The notes beneath the pieces are model-generated. The model ran no database searches. It saw only the letters and a list, made by a program, of their open reading frames with translations, and was not told the DNA's origin. DNA of 62,321 nucleotides, filler included, from Candidatus Coatesbacteria bacterium (GTDB taxonomy: Bacteria; JAFGND01), in assembly GCA_016927185.1 (NCBI GenBank). It is 4 parts of 4 records of this genome, joined end to end, with 100 filler letters (N's around TTAATTAATTAA, not from the genome) between each part and the next. Parts side by side here need not be neighbours in the genome. Positions count along the whole stretch, not along the records: positions 1 to 30,420 come from JAFGND010000003.1; positions 30,521 to 49,014 come from JAFGND010000032.1; 2 more parts are not named here. One strand, written 5' to 3'. Of this stretch, positions 30,126 through 38,363 are shown piece by piece; position 1 is the first letter of the stretch, and every line of letters starts with the position of its first letter. The translations under genes and the position numbers were made by a program.

Positions 30126-30375
30126 GTTAAAGACTGCGTTTTACACTTACTTCTAGCTGTAAATTCAAGCTGGTAATTCCAGTTTTCACTTTATTTTCTT
30201 GCCTGAGTTTCTTTATCAAATCTTTCCCTTGAAAATTAGAAATTCGATTTTATAAGTTAAAATTCTCTATTTCTTTCTCCTTCAATGTACATTAACAGAT
30301 GATTACAAGAGCTATTCCCTAAGTGAAGATGAGGGATAGAGATCGAAGCCCTCACCATAAGCTCCTCCTGAATAG

Positions 30376-30420
30376 AAACCTCACCCTATTTATCCCCTCT
30401 TTGTATGAACCTCACCCCTA
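30376..30420 (-). repeat. REP-like family A, partial copy 3 at contig end
   Basis: Reverse complement TAGGGGTGAGGTTCATACAAAGAGGGGATAAATAGGGTGAGGTTT resembles 49394-49436; the contig breaks inside it. Confidence 0.7.
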
Positions 30421-30520
30421 NNNNNNNNNNNNNNNNNNNNNNNNNNNNNNNNNNNNNNNNNNNNTTAATTAATTAANNNNNNNNNNNNNNNNNNNNNNNN
30501 NNNNNNNNNNNNNNNNNNNN
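30421..30520. other. Artificial contig spacer
   Basis: 44 N + TTAATTAATTAA (six-frame stop) + 44 N. Confidence 0.97.
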
Positions 30521-31662
30521 GAATAGATTGCACCTGAAGATGGCAGGGAGATGGACAAACGGGAGGAAAACGGATTGGGAGACGCTGATAGTGATTTTTC
30601 TGGAAGATTGGAAGCAGATTCATTTTCCTTGAAACCACTGTAACCGTATGTTTCCAAGGCATAAAGATAATAATCGCCACTACCGATATAAACAACCCCT
30701 TCTGAAACAAATGGAGATGAGACTACAACAGCACCAGTTTCATATTTCCATAACAACGATCCATCTGAAATTCTTACTGCATAAACATGCCAGTCATTAC
30801 TTCCAAAATAAACAACTCCATCTGAGACACAAGGTGAAGTATCAATACGATAGTCTGCCTTAAATACCCATTTCAGGCTTCCGTTTGTGGCATTAAGTGC
30901 ATACAGGTAACTATCCCAACCTCCAAAATAAACAACCCCTTCTGAGACACAGGGAGAGGATCTTACAAGATAACTTGTCTGGTATCTCCACTTTAAACTC
31001 CCATCTGAGCTGTTTAATGCATAGAGATAATGATCGTCGCTTCCTATATAAACAACTCCGTTAACTATACAGGGAGAGGATTCAATCCAGTTTCCAGTCT
31101 TATATCTCCATTTAAGAGTTGCATCTGGGCAATTTATCGCATAAATATAACTATCATGACTCCCAACAAAAACTACTCCATCTGAGACACGAGGAGTAGT
31201 TTCAACAGCACTACCTGTTTGATATCTCCATTTTAATGTACCATCTGAGCTGTTGATTGCAAAAACGTATCCATAATCATTTCCTATATAGACTACTCCA
31301 TCTGAAATACAAGGAGATGAGTCTATATCATTAACTGTTCTGTACCTCCATTTAAGACTTCCGTTTGAACAGTTCACTGCGTAAAGAAATGAATCCTCGC
31401 TTCCAAAGAAAACAACTCCTCCTGAAACGCATGGAGTAGAGGTTACATACCAGGCAGCCTGGTATTTCCAGATGAAGCTTCCATCTATGCAATGCAACGC
31501 ATATAAATTATGATCATTGCTTCCAACATAAACATTTCTGTTTGCAACACAAGGTGACGACCAGATTTCCCTGGTTGTCCTGTATCTCCATATCAAATCC
31601 CCTGGTGCTGATATAAGAAGACTTGATAATATAAATATTAAAGTAACTAATAAAGTTTTCAT
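30521..31662 (-). CDS. Secreted PQQ/BamB-like 8-blade beta-propeller with short CTD (3' end cut by the gap)
   Basis: Signal peptide; eight 40-aa repeats W.Y.T....SSPCVSxGVVYxGSxD..LYA.N..DG.LK; ends in SPNPFSSRLSISLPSSGAIY at the gap. Confidence 0.85.
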
Positions 31663-31673
31663 TTAACTCTCCT

Positions 31674-32948
31674 TTACCTTACCTTCACAACCCTCTTGCA
31701 TTCCTTATCACTCTTCACTATATATACTCCCTCTTTCCATTTGCTTGTATCAAGAAAGTGCTTGCCTTTATTCAATTTAATAATTAATTGTCCAGTCAAT
31801 GAATAGACTGCCCCTGAAGATTGCAAGAAAATAGATAAACGTGAGGAGAAGGGGTTAGGAGAAACTGAGAAGGATTTGGCTGGAATATAAGAAGCTGATT
31901 TATTATCCTTGAAACCAGTATATCCATAAGTCTCTATAGCATAAATAAAACCATCATCACTACCAATAAAAACAACTCCTTCTGAAACACAAGGTGAAGA
32001 TCTGACTGCCTTGCCTGTCTGATATCTCCAATTAAGTGTTCCTTGAGAAGAATTAATTGCATAAAGATAATGATCATCACTTCCTATATAAGCAATTCCT
32101 TTTGAAATACAAGGCGAAGAGTAAACTGGCAATCCAGTCTGGTATTTCCATTTAAGAGCTCCTTGTGAGCTGTTTATTGCATAAAGATTACTATCACCAC
32201 TTCCTATATAAACCACTCCATTTACAACGCAAGGAGAGGAGTGAATATAATCACCAGTTTTATATCTCCAATTAAGACTTCCATCAGAAGCTTCGATTGC
32301 ATAAAGATAATTATCATCACTTCCAATAAAAACGACACCATCTGATACAAATGGGGAAGATTGTATCCATTTATCTGTTTTATAACTCCATTTAACATTT
32401 CCATCTGTGCTGTTTATTGCGTAAATATAAGTATCACAACTGCCTATATAAATAACACCATCTGAAATAATAGGAGATGAACAGATGTTGTTACATGTCT
32501 GATATTTCCATTTGAGTGTTCCGTCACTATTGTTTAGCGAATAAAGAAAGCAATCATAACTACCTATATAAACAACTCCTTCTGATACACATGGTGAAGA
32601 TATGACTGAGCAAGATGTCTGATATCTCCATTTCAGAGTTCCATCAGAAATGTTTATTGCATAAAGACTATTATCCTCACTACCAATATAGACAATTCCT
32701 TGTGAGACACAAGGTGAAGAATATGAAATAGATCTTCCTGTCTTATATTTCCACTTAATTGTACCAGACGAGTAGTTTATTGCATAGATATAATTATCCC
32801 AGCTACCAACATAAACAACTCCATCTGAGACACAAGGAGAGGAGTAAACTGGTAGCTTGGTTTGATACTTCCATATCAAATCACCTGGATTTGAAAAAAG
32901 CAGATTAGAAAAAGACAATAAAACTATAAATAATACAAATGTTTTCAT
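31674..32948 (-). CDS. Secreted PQQ/BamB-like 8-blade beta-propeller with short T9SS-like CTD (paralog)
   Basis: Same 40-aa repeats; CTD SPNPFSSRL...YSLTGQLI...EGVYIVK...KRVVKVR. Confidence 0.87.
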   Translation of the reverse strand: MKTFVLFIVLLSFSNLLFSNPGDLIWKYQTKLPVYSSPCVSDGVVYVGSWDNYIYAINYSSGTIKWKYKTGRSISYSSPCVSQGIVYIGSEDNSLYAINISDGTLKWRYQTSCSVISSPCVSEGVVYIGSYDCFLYSLNNSDGTLKWKYQTCNNICSSPIISDGVIYIGSCDTYIYAINSTDGNVKWSYKTDKWIQSSPFVSDGVVFIGSDDNYLYAIEASDGSLNWRYKTGDYIHSSPCVVNGVVYIGSGDSNLYAINSSQGALKWKYQTGLPVYSSPCISKGIAYIGSDDHYLYAINSSQGTLNWRYQTGKAVRSSPCVSEGVVFIGSDDGFIYAIETYGYTGFKDNKSASYIPAKSFSVSPNPFSSRLSIFLQSSGAVYSLTGQLIIKLNKGKHFLDTSKWKEGVYIVKSDKECKRVVKVR

Positions 32949-32972
32949 TTCAACCTTCCTTTCTGTTTATCT

Positions 32973-33521
32973 CTAGCTCATCACTACAATCTTCCTTACA
33001 TCCCTTCTCTCATGATTTGCAATAAGTTCTATTATATATACTCCTGAAGAGAGGTTAAGTTTGTTATTTATCACTGTTATGTATCTGCCTTGTTTCCTGT
33101 TTCCTTCAAAGATCTTCCCGATAAATCTTCCAGTAATATCATAGCAGTTCAGCTCTACCTGAGAATCATCAGACAGTTCATACTTTATATATGAGCTGGT
33201 TCTCTCTAGTAAAGGATTAGGATAAATGCTAAGAATCCTGCTCTTCTTTGGGGGGACTTCTGAAACTGCTGTCCTGTTATCCGAAAATCCTGTCTTTTGT
33301 TCATATTCTACCAGAAGCTTTATCGTGCATATTGCCTTTATTGATTTTGTATTCCAGAATGGTTCTATCTCTATCCTGTAATGCTTTACATCAATATTTG
33401 TGAAACCAAGATTGATGTTGGGAGTAAGATATCTGTTTGAAATCCCTGAGTATGAAAGCTGCTCAGAACCCAGATTTATTTCTGAAAATAGTACAATTAT
33501 AATGATAATATAATAGAACAT
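32973..33521 (-). CDS. Small secreted protein with a T9SS type-A-like CTD; N-part resembles the start of an M1 aminopeptidase
   Basis: Signal peptide; IDVKHYRIEIEP...IKAICTI; CTD IYPNPL...IKYEL...YDITGRFI...LSSGVYII...RKIVVMS. GTG at 33527 is an alternative start. Confidence 0.65.
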   Translation of the reverse strand: MFYYIIIIIVLFSEINLGSEQLSYSGISNRYLTPNINLGFTNIDVKHYRIEIEPFWNTKSIKAICTIKLLVEYEQKTGFSDNRTAVSEVPPKKSRILSIYPNPLLERTSSYIKYELSDDSQVELNCYDITGRFIGKIFEGNRKQGRYITVINNKLNLSSGVYIIELIANHERRDVRKIVVMS

Positions 33522-33649
33522 TTTCACTGTTTAATACTTTGTACCTTTACTGATTAGTAATTGTCAAGCAAAAACTTTTTGGCAGGACAGACAAATATTC
33601 AGGAAATCATGAACTGACTTTTCAATTTCAATCTCATGGATGAAAAACA

Positions 33650-33677
33650 TTGACTTTTTTTGATAAATCCTTATATT
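33650..33677 (+). promoter_or_regulatory. Putative sigma70 promoter
   Basis: TTGACT (33650-33655), 16 nt, TATATT (33672-33677), upstream of RBS AGGGAG and ATG 33722. Confidence 0.45.
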
Positions 33678-33721
33678 AACTTCATGATTTAAATTATCAC
33701 TTCTAAATGAAGGGAGAAAAC

Positions 33722-34351
33722 ATGAAAAAATCCAATTATCTAATCCTGCTGATAGTTCTTATAACAGGATCAATGCTTGTTTATAATTGCGGAGAAGATA
33801 CAACTGATGATGGAACAGGTACAGGGACTGGTACGGGAACAGCAACTGGTACAGGTACGGGAACTGGAACAGGCACTGGCACAGGGACAGGTTGCGACAA
33901 GACCGCAAGTGAGCTTATACCTGAAGACAATGAGCTCAGCGGATGGACACGCGATGGAGAAATGCAGCATGCAAAGAACCAGAGTGAACTGGAAGAGATT
34001 ATAGACGGTGAAGCTCCCATATATATGGAACATGGCTTCAAGGAACTTGCACAGCAGAATTTCAAGGGAACATTCAACCAGGAAACTGCAGATCTTGAAG
34101 TCTGGGTGTATGACCAGGGAACAAGGACTAATGCAACTTCTCTTTATAATGATATTGATCACCAGGGTTGCACTGAATGGACAGATGAAAATGCAGGGGA
34201 AGAGGCAAGATACAACCAGAATACAGGCAATTCAATACTGGAGTTCCATCAGGAACAATTCTATATAAAAGTAATCCTGAATGGATACGACAATGAAGAA
34301 GCATTGAATGTAATAAAGCTATTTGCCAAAAATATCTCTAGTAAGTTTTAA
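33722..34351 (+). CDS. Lipoprotein with Gly-Thr linker, DUF6599-like
   Basis: Signal ending VYNC; (GT)n tract; LEEIIDGEAPIYM..GF..L and EVWVYDQG...A..LY motifs. Confidence 0.65.
   Translation: MKKSNYLILLIVLITGSMLVYNCGEDTTDDGTGTGTGTGTATGTGTGTGTGTGTGTGCDKTASELIPEDNELSGWTRDGEMQHAKNQSELEEIIDGEAPIYMEHGFKELAQQNFKGTFNQETADLEVWVYDQGTRTNATSLYNDIDHQGCTEWTDENAGEEARYNQNTGNSILEFHQEQFYIKVILNGYDNEEALNVIKLFAKNISSKF
33812..33892 (+). repeat. Coding Gly-Thr dipeptide repeat (27 codons)
   Basis: GGN-ACN hexamer repeats with varied third positions. Confidence 0.9.
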
Positions 34352-34361
34352 GGAGGATATT

Positions 34362-35276
34362 ATGACAGATATGAACAGAAGGGATTTCCTGAAGATAGGA
34401 GCAACTGCAGGAGTTGCAATGGGATTGGGAATTCCCAGCCTGCTTAAGGCAGCATCAACTTATGATCTGGCAGTTGTTACAGGAAAAGCAGAAGATGCAG
34501 TAAACAAAGCCGTAAAGTTACTTGGAGGGTGGTCTGCATTCATAAGCTCTGGTGAGAAAGTGCTTATAAAACCGAACATCTCGTTCCCGCAGGATCCTTC
34601 GGTAGGTGCAACAACAAGTCCTGAAGTGATTGCGGCGGTAGTCAAGGGATGCCTTTCAGCTGGTGCCAGCAAGATAATAATTGCGGACTATCCATTGAGA
34701 AGCCCAGAAGCATGTTTTCAGAAATCCAAAATAGAGCAGATAACTGCATTGTCTAATAAAGTGATGGCTTTCCCCTCAACAAGACAAAGCATGTACGAAG
34801 AATATGAAGTGAAAAATGGCAAGTCGCTTAAAAGCGTGGAAATGCTTAAGATGTACAATAAATGCGAAAGAATGATACTTGTGCCTACCGCCAAGTCTCA
34901 TAGTGCTTCAGGAGTGAGTTTTACCTTGAAGGGGAATATGGGATTGATATGGAACAGGCATACATTCCACAGGGATCTTGATTTGTCGCAAGCAATTGCG
35001 GATTTATATTCCATTATTAATGTGACACTCGTTATAATGGATGCAACGAGAGCATTGATGACAGGAGGACCCGGTGGACCTGGTCAATTGAAAAAACTTG
35101 ATACTATAATTGCTGGAACTGATCCCATTGCTGTTGATTCATACACAACAAGCCTTGTTCCATGGTACGGAAAATCATTAACAGGTGCTAATGTTCCTCA
35201 TATCTATAAAGCTTATCAATTTGGTTATGGCAAGATAGATACAAGGAAAATGAATATCGCCAAGTCAACTGCATAA
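34362..35276 (+). CDS. Tat-exported DUF362 family protein
   Basis: ATG at 34362 after AGGAGG; NRRDFLK Tat motif; VLIKPN, ATTSPE, KSH, LKGNMG, GPGGPG, DPIAVD. Confidence 0.85.
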   Translation: MTDMNRRDFLKIGATAGVAMGLGIPSLLKAASTYDLAVVTGKAEDAVNKAVKLLGGWSAFISSGEKVLIKPNISFPQDPSVGATTSPEVIAAVVKGCLSAGASKIIIADYPLRSPEACFQKSKIEQITALSNKVMAFPSTRQSMYEEYEVKNGKSLKSVEMLKMYNKCERMILVPTAKSHSASGVSFTLKGNMGLIWNRHTFHRDLDLSQAIADLYSIINVTLVIMDATRALMTGGPGGPGQLKKLDTIIAGTDPIAVDSYTTSLVPWYGKSLTGANVPHIYKAYQFGYGKIDTRKMNIAKSTA

Positions 35277-35288
35277 TGATTATAATTC

Positions 35289-35317
35289 AGAAATCCCTGT
35301 TTATAACAGGGATTTCT
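35289..35317. terminator. Hairpin terminator between convergent genes
   Basis: AGAAATCCCTGTT-tat-AACAGGGATTTCT, perfect 13-bp stem. Confidence 0.7.
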
Positions 35318-35320
35318 ATA

Positions 35321-35770
35321 TTAGTGTCCATGATAGTTGTTTCTAACTCTCTCTGAAAGTATCCTTATCAAGCTTTTCAGGATTTTTACGGTAAGTTTTG
35401 GATTTTCCTCTTCAAGCATCTTGAATGCATCATTGCTTAGAAACAGGAGATCTGCTTTCCAAATGGCAACAACGCTTGCAGATCTTGTATGGCCATTTAT
35501 CATTGCCATCTCCCCTACTATTGCTCCCCTGTTAAGGAAAGATATAGTTTCAGGCTCATCAGTGTCTATTCCTTTTATCACTTGAAGTCTTCCATTCTGG
35601 AGAAAGAACAATCCTGTTGATTTCTGCCCTTCCCTGAAAAGGAACTGACCTTCTTCCACAGTAATCCATGTAAGGAAACCAGAGAAAACGGATAGTTCAT
35701 CATCATCCAGATACTGGAAAATAGGCAAATGCTTTATAAACACGATCATTTCTGATGAAGTAGGTTTCAT
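35321..35770 (-). CDS. Stand-alone cyclic-nucleotide-binding domain protein
   Basis: LFREGQ, VGEMAMINGHTRSASV; no HTH. Confidence 0.85.
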   Translation of the reverse strand: MKPTSSEMIVFIKHLPIFQYLDDDELSVFSGFLTWITVEEGQFLFREGQKSTGLFFLQNGRLQVIKGIDTDEPETISFLNRGAIVGEMAMINGHTRSASVVAIWKADLLFLSNDAFKMLEEENPKLTVKILKSLIRILSERVRNNYHGH

Positions 35771-36861
35771 TTATTCTCCCTTTCACTACATCTCAATCCT
35801 CTCGGACTGAAGCATTTGTTGCATGATATACACTTTGATTTTATAGCTGCCTCCTTGAATTTTTTAACAAGGTCTGGTTCCCTGATGAATGGCCTGCAAA
35901 GGCTTATGAAGTCAGCTTCTCCAGATCTAAGCACCTGATCCATGAATGCAAGCGTCCTGAAACCACCTGCCACAGCAAGAGGTATGGAGATATTTTTCTT
36001 TATGAATGCTGCCTGCTTCCTGAAGTATCCTTCGTCAATAAGGCTGTTTATGTTCTGCCTTATTGTTGGTATTGTTGATTCAGACATCCCTCCTGATATT
36101 TCAACAAAATCAAGACCAGCTTCTTCCATAAGTTTTATTGTTTCAAGTGATTGCTCGAGTTTCAATCCATCTTCCCTGAAATCCTCGCAATTAACCTTGG
36201 CAGATACAATGAACTTGCCTTTGATTTCTTTCCTTATGCCTTTTATTATATTAATGATTATCCTGCTTCTTTTCTCCTGATTGCCACCATATTCATCAGT
36301 TCTGATGTTTGTATAAGGAGACATGAACTGGCTTAGCAAGTATCCATGTGCAGCATGAAGCTGGATTCCATGAAAACCAGCTTGCTTGCATCTCTTAGCA
36401 GCATCAATGAAAGCTCTTATAACCATTTCAATTTCCTCAATGTTCATTGCTTTTGGTTCTGTTTTATAGACACTATCATTTACTGCAGAAGATGACCAAA
36501 CAGGACCTGGATTTACCTTAGCTCTTACCTGCCTTCCCCCATGAACTATCTGACATAAGAAAAGTGATTTCCCTTTCCTTATTGTTTCAGTAACTGGTTT
36601 CCAGAAAGGGATGAGCTCATCGCTGTAAATCCCAGCTTGTCCGTTTGTTGATTTCCCATTCGGTAAAACATAAGCATAGCCTGATATTATGATACCAATT
36701 TCTGAATTTCTCAGCTCATCATATAATTCAACCATTATTGCTGTTGGTTTCCCAACTTCATCTGACATATATTCGCAAGCAGCAGATTTAACTAATCTGT
36801 TGATTGCAGTGAATCTCTTGAAAGTGACTGGATTGAAGATAATCATTTCATTCAAAAGCAA
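35767..36861 (-). CDS. NADH:flavin oxidoreductase (old yellow enzyme family)
   Basis: QIVHGGRQ, AGFHGIQLHAAHGYLLSQFMSP..N.RTDEYGG, CRPFIREP, CISCNKC. Confidence 0.9.
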   Translation of the reverse strand: MLLNEMIIFNPVTFKRFTAINRLVKSAACEYMSDEVGKPTAIMVELYDELRNSEIGIIISGYAYVLPNGKSTNGQAGIYSDELIPFWKPVTETIRKGKSLFLCQIVHGGRQVRAKVNPGPVWSSSAVNDSVYKTEPKAMNIEEIEMVIRAFIDAAKRCKQAGFHGIQLHAAHGYLLSQFMSPYTNIRTDEYGGNQEKRSRIIINIIKGIRKEIKGKFIVSAKVNCEDFREDGLKLEQSLETIKLMEEAGLDFVEISGGMSESTIPTIRQNINSLIDEGYFRKQAAFIKKNISIPLAVAGGFRTLAFMDQVLRSGEADFISLCRPFIREPDLVKKFKEAAIKSKCISCNKCFSPRGLRCSERENK

Positions 36862-36974
36862 AAACCTTATTAGATTTGATTTTAGTCAAGAGCTGAATTC
36901 ATGAATAATGGAAAAATCTTGACATAATGCAAATACTATATAACAAGATGATACAGTCTAAAACAAGGAGTTTT

Positions 36975-37478
36975 ATGGAGACAGTCTTGAATAACAATCT
37001 AGAGATTTTCAAGTACTTAACTGAAAATGAAATAAAAAGTCTGGCTGGAGTTTTTAAACTCAGGACATATCAGTCTGGAGAAATAGTTTTCAGGGAAGGA
37101 GATGCAGGGGAATCTCTTTTCATTGTTCTGAATGGAAAAATAAAAATACTGGGGCAGAAAGAGCTTTATAATGATGAAGAAGCAAAAAATGAATCTCAGG
37201 AAATACTGCTGAATGAAATTCTCAAAGGGAGAACCTTTGGTGAAATGGCATTGCTTGACAAGAAGCCAAGATGCGCATCTGCTATTGCAGCAGTTACTTC
37301 AGAGGTTCTTGAGCTGACAAGAGCTGACTTCATAAATCTTTCGGATAGCAATCCAGTAATATCCAATAAAATATACAGAGCACTCGGTGAGCTACTCTCG
37401 CTAAAGGCAAGAAAGATAACGGAGGCATTCAAGTCAGATCTTACCAAATACTTGAAGGAATTCCTTCTCTGGATATAA
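36975..37478 (+). CDS. Stand-alone cyclic-nucleotide-binding domain protein
   Basis: ATG at 36975 after AGGAG; VFREGDAG, FGEMALLDKKPRCASA. Confidence 0.85.
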   Translation: METVLNNNLEIFKYLTENEIKSLAGVFKLRTYQSGEIVFREGDAGESLFIVLNGKIKILGQKELYNDEEAKNESQEILLNEILKGRTFGEMALLDKKPRCASAIAAVTSEVLELTRADFINLSDSNPVISNKIYRALGELLSLKARKITEAFKSDLTKYLKEFLLWI

Positions 37479-37570
37479 TGATGCACTTTGTAAATCTAAC
37501 CCAAATTTCTTGACAAAAAAGTAATACAAAATTGATGAGCAGAGGTTAATGCTTGAGAGAAGGAAATTGA

Positions 37571-38356
37571 TTGAAAGAAAGTAATACTGAATTTCAGGGA
37601 AGAAGATTATATATAATGCTCCCTGCATATAACGAAGAAAAGGCTCTTCCCCTTTTGTTCGATGAAATCAAGAAGCTGCCTGAAAACCTTAGAATCAAAG
37701 TAGTAGTCATTGATGATGGAAGTTCTGACACAACTTATTCTATCTGTGATGGAGCAAGGGAATACCTTGATATCTTTGTCATAAGACATGAAGTTAACAA
37801 GGGGCTTGGTAAAACAATGTATGATGGTATGAAATGGCTTTCTGAGCAAGACATAAATGACAAAACAAAGAAAGAAGGAGAGCCTGTGGCAATAACCCTG
37901 GATGCAGATAACACTCAACCTATTGAAAAAATACCGGATCTTCTGGGAAAGATAGATGAAGGTTATGATCTTGTAATTGCATCGAGATTTCAGAAAGGAG
38001 CAAGGGTTACAGGTCTGAATACTTACAGAAGATTTCTCTCATGGGTAGCCAGCTTTATATTCAGAATTCTTTTTCCTAATGGAGCAAGGGATTATACTTG
38101 CGGTTACAGAGCCTATAGATTAAGCACTATAAAACTTGCATTTGAAAAATATGGAGAAAATTTCATAAATCAGCCTGGTTTTGATTGCATGGCTGACATT
38201 CTCATAAAAATAGGCTTTCTTGAAGTAAATATTGGAGAAATACCGTTTTTCCTGCATTATGAAAGAAAACCTACTGGCAGCAAGATGAAAGTTTTAAGGA
38301 CTATTTATCATACACTGAGTATATTAATAAAAAGACGTTTCGGAAACATGAGTTGA
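37571..38356 (+). CDS. GT2 glycosyltransferase (DPM1-like)
   Basis: PAYNEE, IDDGSSD, NKGLG, LDAD, ASRF, DYTCGYRAY. Confidence 0.9.
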   Translation: MKESNTEFQGRRLYIMLPAYNEEKALPLLFDEIKKLPENLRIKVVVIDDGSSDTTYSICDGAREYLDIFVIRHEVNKGLGKTMYDGMKWLSEQDINDKTKKEGEPVAITLDADNTQPIEKIPDLLGKIDEGYDLVIASRFQKGARVTGLNTYRRFLSWVASFIFRILFPNGARDYTCGYRAYRLSTIKLAFEKYGENFINQPGFDCMADILIKIGFLEVNIGEIPFFLHYERKPTGSKMKVLRTIYHTLSILIKRRFGNMS

Positions 38357-38363
38357 TACTGAT

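Noticed and set aside
30126-30300. Short open frames on the minus strand after DUF4870
   Set aside because: No recognisable domain or convincing start; cannot be called a pseudogene from sequence alone.
30465-30476. TTAATTAATTAA palindrome repeated three times in the window
   Set aside because: Synthetic six-frame-stop linker inside N spacers.
30521-32948. 120-bp periodic repeats as a CRISPR array or DGR template/variable repeat
   Set aside because: They are in-frame protein repeats with no constant repeat-spacer structure. No cas or reverse transcriptase gene is in the window, and no adenine-specific near-duplicate was noticed.
33781-34077. Minus-strand ORF with PVPVPV repeat
   Set aside because: Antisense shadow of the Gly-Thr repeat.
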